In this document: positions 58,353 through 64,000 of the stretch, piece after piece | Layout of the letters: each line of letters begins with the position of its first letter | Position numbering within the stretch: the first letter of the stretch is position 1 | Source: Nitrospirota bacterium | GTDB lineage: Bacteria; Nitrospirota; JACRHJ01 | DNA length: 64,000 nucleotides | NCBI GenBank assembly: GCA_963845245.1 | Contig: CAWJRJ010000011.1 | Span: forward strand, 134,816-198,815 | Direction: 5' to 3' | Program-made: the position numbers and the translations under genes | Notes under the pieces: generated by a model | Databases searched by the model: none | What the model saw: the letters and a program-made list of their open reading frames with translations, nothing else | Told to the model about the DNA's origin: nothing

Positions 58353-60536
58353 ATGGCAGAGAACTCAAACGAGAAGCCCGGTATGAGCAGGAACCTGAAA
58401 AACCTGCTTATTGTGTGCGGGTTCCTGCTGATTATTGCCGCCGCGACAGCGGTGGAGATAACCTACAAATCGCACCAGCGTCCGCTCCTGGGCAACGTCG
58501 TCGCGATAGCCATCCTGAACGTCAACATCCTCCTCATCGCAGTCCTGCTCATGCTTTTGGGCCGCCAGCTCGCCAAGTTCTATTTCGAGAGGAAGGCGAG
58601 CCCGTTCGGGGCAGGCTTTCGGAGCAAGCTCGTAATATCGTTCATAGGCCTCTCGATCGTGCCTGCGGGCCTGTTGTTCATCGTGGCGGGCGGCATGCTC
58701 TCGGGAAGCGTGAAGTACTGGTTCAGCCCCAGGGTCGAGAACACGATGCGCGACTCGATAGCCCTGGCAAAGAGCTACAGGGAGGACCGCAAGAACATGG
58801 CCATCCACTATGCGGACGCCATGGCGGGCGAGCTGAAGGAGATGCCAATAAACATCGCGTCCGTAAAGAAGTATACGGATGCGGAGATAACCGAGTACAG
58901 CCTCGACCTCATAGAGGTGTATGCCCTTGACGGCACGCTGCTCATCACCTCGGGAAACAAGGACATGGTATGGGCCCGCCCCGGTAAAGGTTTCATCGAT
59001 GGGGCCATAAAGGCGGGCAGGCTGTTCTCCGTGACGTCGGACAACCAGGGGGAAGTGGTGCGCGGAGCCCATGTTATCTTCGACAAGGCCCGCAGGCCCC
59101 GGGGCGTTATCGTCGCCACGTATGTGATACCTGCCTCGATATCGAACAACATCGCGGACATCACCCGGTTCTACGATGAGTACTGGGACCTGCGCACCTT
59201 CAAGAACCCGCTCAAGGAGAGCTACATGCTCTCGTTCGTGCTGCTGGCGCTGGTCATACTCTTTGCCGCGGTGTGGTTCGGGCTGTACATATCGAAGGGT
59301 ATAACCGTCCCCATCACCTCGCTTGCCGAGGCGACGCACAGGATATCGAGGGGTGAATACGACTTCCAGATAGACATTGACGCGCACGACGAGATAGGCG
59401 TGCTGGTGGATTCGTTCAAGAGGATGACCCACGACCTGAAGGCGTCGCAGGAGAAGCTTAACGAGGCCAACCTGTCGCTCAGCCATACGAACGACCTGCT
59501 GGAGCAGAGGCGGCAGTTCATCGAGACGGTGCTTGAGAATGTCAACACGGGCGTCATAACAATCGACCGCGCCGGACGCATCAGCACGCTCAACCGCGCG
59601 GGCGAGCGCATCATGGGAATCGACAGGCGGAGCATCCTGAGCAAGAACTACCGCGAGGTGTTCGAGTCCCACCAGCTTAACGAGATACGCGAGCAGGTGC
59701 GCTCGATGTCCGACTCGGGAGTATCCAGTGTCGAACGCAACATCCAGATGACGATAAACCGCAGGAGCCTGACGCTAAGGCTTTTCGTGTCCGCCCTGCA
59801 CGATGTTGCCGGTAGTTACCTGGGCATCCTCGTCGTCTTCGAGGACCTGACTGAACTTATTAAAGCACAGCGCGCGGCCGCCTGGAAAGAGGTCGCAAGG
59901 CGCATCGCGCATGAGGTGAAGAACCCGCTCACGCCCATACAGCTCTCGGCGCAGAGGCTCCGGAAGCGGTTCCTTGAGGGCACGGGCGACTACGGAAAGA
60001 TAATAGACGAGTGCACCGAGACTATCATCACGCAGGTGGAGGGGATGAAGAAGCTCGTGGACGAGTTTTCCAAGTTCGCCAGGATGCCGGAAGTTGCGCC
60101 CCACCCGAACAACCTGCACGCGCTCATCGACGAGGTGGCCACGCTATACCTGGGGGCGCACAAGGACATCGAGATAATGAAGGACTACGACCCCGGCATC
60201 ACGGTGGTGAACGTGGACGGCGAGCAGATGAAACGCGCGTTCATGAACCTGTTCGACAACGCCGTTACCTCGATGGACGGCAAAGGGGTAGTCTCTATAA
60301 AGACCAAGCTGGAGCCGGGGGTCGTCAGGATCGAGGTGGCGGACGAGGGGACGGGCATTGCGCCGGAGGATAGCGAACGTTTGTTCCAGCCCTACTTCTC
60401 GAAGAAGAAGTCCGGCACCGGCCTGGGGCTCGCCATCGTCAGCCGCATAATCTCGGACCACGGCGGGTACATCAAGGTGGAAAGCAACGAGCCGAAAGGC
60501 GCGAGGTTTGTAATAGAGCTGCCTGTGAAGGCGTAG
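58353..60536 (+). CDS. ntrY: NtrY-like PAS/HAMP histidine kinase
   Basis: TM segments, DEIG, AWKEVARRIAHEVKNPLTPIQL, GTGLGL. Confidence 0.9.
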   Translation: MAENSNEKPGMSRNLKNLLIVCGFLLIIAAATAVEITYKSHQRPLLGNVVAIAILNVNILLIAVLLMLLGRQLAKFYFERKASPFGAGFRSKLVISFIGLSIVPAGLLFIVAGGMLSGSVKYWFSPRVENTMRDSIALAKSYREDRKNMAIHYADAMAGELKEMPINIASVKKYTDAEITEYSLDLIEVYALDGTLLITSGNKDMVWARPGKGFIDGAIKAGRLFSVTSDNQGEVVRGAHVIFDKARRPRGVIVATYVIPASISNNIADITRFYDEYWDLRTFKNPLKESYMLSFVLLALVILFAAVWFGLYISKGITVPITSLAEATHRISRGEYDFQIDIDAHDEIGVLVDSFKRMTHDLKASQEKLNEANLSLSHTNDLLEQRRQFIETVLENVNTGVITIDRAGRISTLNRAGERIMGIDRRSILSKNYREVFESHQLNEIREQVRSMSDSGVSSVERNIQMTINRRSLTLRLFVSALHDVAGSYLGILVVFEDLTELIKAQRAAAWKEVARRIAHEVKNPLTPIQLSAQRLRKRFLEGTGDYGKIIDECTETIITQVEGMKKLVDEFSKFARMPEVAPHPNNLHALIDEVATLYLGAHKDIEIMKDYDPGITVVNVDGEQMKRAFMNLFDNAVTSMDGKGVVSIKTKLEPGVVRIEVADEGTGIAPEDSERLFQPYFSKKKSGTGLGLAIVSRIISDHGGYIKVESNEPKGARFVIELPVKA

Positions 60537-60680
60537 ATTAAGGCTTTATGCCGGCAAGCAGAATTGCCTTGCCTTTGACGGCTGACATTGCTAAATTGTA
60601 TAAGAATAATGTCAATAAGGGAGTCCCGCGCTGTTTATAAACAACTATTTAGAGGATTTAAAGATGCACTGGGCAAATAG

Positions 60681-61421
60681 TTGAGGAACAGAGATAAACT
60701 CATCATAGCCGGTCTTTTCTTGTCAAAGTTTGATGTTGCTGGGCTTAAAGAGTTGGGGTTTGATGGTTTCTCTGAAGCATTCAATGCGATTGCATTGAGC
60801 CTTAAATTAAGTCCAGCCTCGCTTAAGAATTATCGTGATGAATTTGATCCATTCTTTCCAAACCCGAGGAAGGGATGGCATAAAAGGCCGATACGCCAAT
60901 ACTGCAAGCAATTCATGGACGAATATGCAAGTTTAAGCCTTGAAGACTTTTCTAAGTTTATAAAAGCTGAGATATCAAATATAGGCGAGATAGAAATTAT
61001 AGAAGAACAGTTGGATACTTCTGAATCGAATACTTTCGCAAAACGCCTTATAACAGGTCAGGCAGCGGAAAGTTACTTTGAGCGTATTTATCCTACTGTG
61101 CCCGTATTTCAAGATTGCGATCTTGTAAACACGACCCGGTTGGGTTGTGGCTTCGATTATAAAATGGCAAGAGCGGAGAGCCCATATCTGGCAGTTGAGG
61201 TCAAGGGTATGGCAACTGCAACCGGGGCAATACAGTTGACTAGCAAAGAGTACAAGGTAGCCCAGGTGCTCAAAAATCGGTTTTTTCTTTTTGTTGTCCA
61301 AAATTTCATGGAAAAACCGTTTCACACAATCTATCAAAACCCGCTGAATTCAAACTTGGTATTCGATAGGCGCGAGCAAGTAACAACACAAATATCGTGG
61401 TCTACATCCATAGGGAGCTAA
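60681..61421 (+). CDS. DUF3883-type PD-(D/E)xK nuclease with N-terminal RDEFDP domain
   Basis: GQAAE, GCGFDY, VEVKG, LTSKE; AT-rich. Confidence 0.75.
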   Translation: MRNRDKLIIAGLFLSKFDVAGLKELGFDGFSEAFNAIALSLKLSPASLKNYRDEFDPFFPNPRKGWHKRPIRQYCKQFMDEYASLSLEDFSKFIKAEISNIGEIEIIEEQLDTSESNTFAKRLITGQAAESYFERIYPTVPVFQDCDLVNTTRLGCGFDYKMARAESPYLAVEVKGMATATGAIQLTSKEYKVAQVLKNRFFLFVVQNFMEKPFHTIYQNPLNSNLVFDRREQVTTQISWSTSIGS

Positions 61422-61425
61422 GAGC

Positions 61426-61632
61426 ATGAAAACAGGGAAGCAGGAATACGGCACGTTGCCAGATGAGATATTGTCTGCTTTAAGCATGCTCGATGAAAAA
61501 GGCACAAATGACAGTGTGACCATGTCCATGTCAATAGTTTATGAGGCTTTTAAACGACACGCCTCCAAAGGAAATATTGCCGCGAGTGAACTGCTTAGGT
61601 CAGCTAAACTGTACATGACAGCAGAAATCTGA
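61426..61632 (+). CDS. Small hypothetical protein
   Basis: SD GGGAG before ATG; directly after the nuclease gene. Confidence 0.45.
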   Translation: MKTGKQEYGTLPDEILSALSMLDEKGTNDSVTMSMSIVYEAFKRHASKGNIAASELLRSAKLYMTAEI

Positions 61633-61718
61633 TGCGCGTGTTGATACAGTTTGTTTAGGGCATAACACCCCAAAATATTTTTAATGCCTTTTATGGCAAA
61701 TCGGATTAACACTACCAT

Positions 61719-63101
61719 ATGTCCCACATCCTAATTGTTGACGACGAAAAACCGATCCTTACTTCCGTACGCGATGTCCTGAAGGACGAGGGCTACGACG
61801 CATCCACGGCCGAGAATGGCCTGGACGGGCTTGCGAAGATAAAAGAGGAAATCCCGGACCTGGTGCTGCTGGACGTATGGATGCCGGGCATGGACGGGCT
61901 TGAGACCCTGACGAAGATAAAGGAAGAGCACCCCGACCTGCCGGTTATCGTGATGTCCGGACACGGCAACATCGACACGGCGGTAAAGGCTGTGCGCCTC
62001 GGCGCGTACGACTTCATCGAGAAGCCGCTGTCTCTGGACAAGCTCTCCCTTACCGTAAAGAACGCCCTTGCAAAGAGCAGGCTGGAGGAAGAGAACCGCG
62101 AGCTGAAGGCGAAGGTGGAGGGCGGCTACGAGATTATCGGCGAGTCCGCGGCGATGCTTGCGCTGAAGGAGGAGATAGAGCGCGCAGGCCCGACAAACGG
62201 CAGGGTGCTCATCTCGGGGGAGAACGGCACCGGCAAGGAGCTTGTCGCGCGCGCGATACACAGGATGTCCCTGAGGGCGGACGGCCCGTTCGTCACAGTG
62301 AACTGCGCGGCGATACCGGAGGAGCTTATAGAGTCCGAGCTGTTCGGCCACGAGAAGGGCTCGTTCACCGGGGCGATGGCGCAGAGAAAGGGCAAGTTCG
62401 AGCAGGCCGACGGCGGAACGATATTCCTGGACGAGATTGCGGACATGAGCCTCTTTACCCAGGCCAAGGTGCTGCGCGTGCTGCAGGAGCAGGAGCTGCA
62501 GAGGGTGGGCGGCAGCCGGAACATAAAGGTGGACGTGCGGGTGATCGCGGCATCGAACAAGGTGCTGGAGGAGGAGATAAAGGCCGGACGCTTCCGCGAA
62601 GACCTGTATTACCGCCTGAACGTCATCCCGTTCAACGTGCCGCCGATCAGGGAGCGGCAGGGCGACATACCGCTCCTGGTGGACGCCTTCATAAAGGAAT
62701 ACTCGCACGAATACAACAACCGCGAGAAGAGGGTGAGCCCCGAGGCGATGCGGCTGTTCACCGCGTACACGTGGCCCGGCAACGTTCGCGAGATGAAGAA
62801 CATCATAGAGCGGCTGGTGATAATGACGCCCGGCGAGACCATAACCGAGGAGCAGGTGCCTCCGCCCATCAGGCAGGCAGCGCCATCACAGCAGAGCGGC
62901 AAGTGCTATGCGGACCTGCCGTCTTTCAGGGAGGCCAAGGCGGCCTTCGAGAAGGACTACATAACGGCGAAGCTCAAGGAGAACGGCTGGAACGTCTCGC
63001 GCACGGCGGAGCTGCTCAAGATCGAGCGCAGCAACCTGCACAGGAAGATCACTGCGCTGGGGATAGAGATGGACGGCCGGGATATTTCACTTGACAAATA
63101 A
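61719..63101 (+). CDS. ntrX: NtrX-like sigma54-type response regulator
   Basis: Receiver DD/D/K, GENGTGKE, GSFTGA, Fis-type HTH. Confidence 0.9.
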   Translation: MSHILIVDDEKPILTSVRDVLKDEGYDASTAENGLDGLAKIKEEIPDLVLLDVWMPGMDGLETLTKIKEEHPDLPVIVMSGHGNIDTAVKAVRLGAYDFIEKPLSLDKLSLTVKNALAKSRLEEENRELKAKVEGGYEIIGESAAMLALKEEIERAGPTNGRVLISGENGTGKELVARAIHRMSLRADGPFVTVNCAAIPEELIESELFGHEKGSFTGAMAQRKGKFEQADGGTIFLDEIADMSLFTQAKVLRVLQEQELQRVGGSRNIKVDVRVIAASNKVLEEEIKAGRFREDLYYRLNVIPFNVPPIRERQGDIPLLVDAFIKEYSHEYNNREKRVSPEAMRLFTAYTWPGNVREMKNIIERLVIMTPGETITEEQVPPPIRQAAPSQQSGKCYADLPSFREAKAAFEKDYITAKLKENGWNVSRTAELLKIERSNLHRKITALGIEMDGRDISLDK

Positions 63102-63128
63102 TCGTATAATGTGTTATTAATCATCAAA

Positions 63129-63195
63129 TTGCGTATTCGGGGGTGGTGATTCCCCCGAAGGTGCAAAGGCCGAAGGGGAGGTCTGTTTCTTTTTT
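63129..63195 (+). promoter_or_regulatory. Structured rpsU leader (second copy 63580-63646)
   Basis: Two hairpins plus U-tract; compensatory C-G/T-A pair between copies. Confidence 0.55.
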
Positions 63196-63253
63196 GTTAC
63201 TGACCCATCTGTCTGAAATCATAAATAAAAATCCAGGAAGGGCGTGATACTGT

Positions 63254-63430
63254 TTGGAAGTTAAGGTCCATGATGGTCAGGTTGAGAAAGCCTTAAAAAT
63301 TCTCAAAAGGCAGATGGCTAAGGAAGGGCTCCTGAAGGAACTGAAGAAGAGGAAGTTCTATGAGAAGCCTAGCGTCAAGAAAAAGAGGAAGCAGCAGGAA
63401 GCCCGCAAGAAGAGGGCCGGCAAGAAGTAG
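63254..63430 (+). CDS. rpsU: 30S ribosomal protein S21, copy 1
   Basis: TTG start; EKALKILKRQ...FYEKPSVKKKRK. Confidence 0.93.
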   Translation: MEVKVHDGQVEKALKILKRQMAKEGLLKELKKRKFYEKPSVKKKRKQQEARKKRAGKK

Positions 63431-63704
63431 CCTGCGCGCTTGAAAATACGCGCACGGCGGAGCTGCTCAAGATCGAACGCAGCAACCTCCACAGGAAGAT
63501 AACAGCGCTCGGGATAGAGATGGACGGCCGGGAGATTTCTCTTGACAAATAACCGAGTTTTATGATTATATTTAACGAATTGCGTATTTGGGGGTGGTGA
63601 TTCCCCCAAAGGTGCAAAGGCCGAAGGGGAGGTCTGTTTCTTTTTTGTTACTGACCCATCTGTCTGAAATCATAAATAAAAATCCAGGAAGGGCGTGATA
63701 CTGT

Positions 63705-63880
63705 TTGGAAGTCAAGGTCCACGATGGTCAGGTTGAGAAAGCCTTAAAAATTCTCAAAAGACAGATGGCGAAGGAAGGGCTGCTGAAGGAACTGAAGAAG
63801 AGGAAGTTCTATGAGAAGCCCAGCGTCAAGAAAAGAGGAAGCAGCAGGAAGCCCGCAAGAAGAGGGCCGGCAAGAAGTAG
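63705..63880 (+). CDS. rpsU: 30S ribosomal protein S21, copy 2 (one A missing near 63832)
   Basis: Same protein apart from the indel; six synonymous changes. Confidence 0.85.
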
Positions 63881-63905
63881 CCTGCGCGCTTGAAAATACA
63901 TATAT

Positions 63906-63935
63906 AGGCGTCCCCGACAAGGGACGCCTTTTTTT
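63906..63935 (+). terminator. Rho-independent terminator after rpsU copy 2
   Basis: AGGCGTCCC/GGGACGCCT plus T-run. Confidence 0.85.
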
Positions 63936-64000
63936 ATAATATTTATTGCCCATAAAACCATTCAGGTGCTATTATTTCTATTTATGAACTCAGCCATCCT

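Larger units (their letters stand above)
62998..63899. repeat. 451-bp tandem duplication (ntrX 3' end + leader + rpsU)
   Basis: Copies 62998-63448 and 63449-63899. Confidence 0.95.

Overview
A ~58-60% GC bacterial chromosome segment spanning the replication origin. Synteny suggests a Nitrospirota- or Desulfobacterota-like organism (low confidence). Left of oriC, genes run on the minus strand: dnaA-dnaN-recF-gyrB-gyrA, rpmE-prfA-prmC-murA, the his operon, yqeY-mutS2-dnaG-rpoD, DUF1015, dciA and an Fnr-like regulator. Right of oriC they run mostly on the plus strand: rpmH-rnpA-yidD-yidC-mnmE-mnmG-rsmG-parAB-bactofilin-mnmA, an MtrA/MtrB-like decaheme-porin pair, buk-ptb, ntrY/ntrX and rpsU. Many essential genes carry 1-bp indels, most likely long-read consensus errors. 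Main points of interest: (1) an AT-rich island (~2.25-6.95 kb) with an XRE-regulated Ubl-E2-JAB-E1 (Bil/Bub-like) operon that converges on an operon I do not recognise (small protein, M48-like HEXXH metallopeptidase, trimeric-fold dCTP deaminase), a candidate anti-phage system; (2) about 20 dispersed A/T-rich hairpin-plus-tail repeats whose tail covaries as a mirror image of the stem (intrastrand-triplex signature), two of them inside mnmE flanking its NKxD motif; (3) several long imperfect intergenic hairpins with compensatory changes; (4) a DUF3883 nuclease inserted between ntrY and ntrX; (5) a 451-bp tandem duplication of the ntrX end plus rpsU, diverged mainly at synonymous sites, with a compensatory pair in the rpsU leader.
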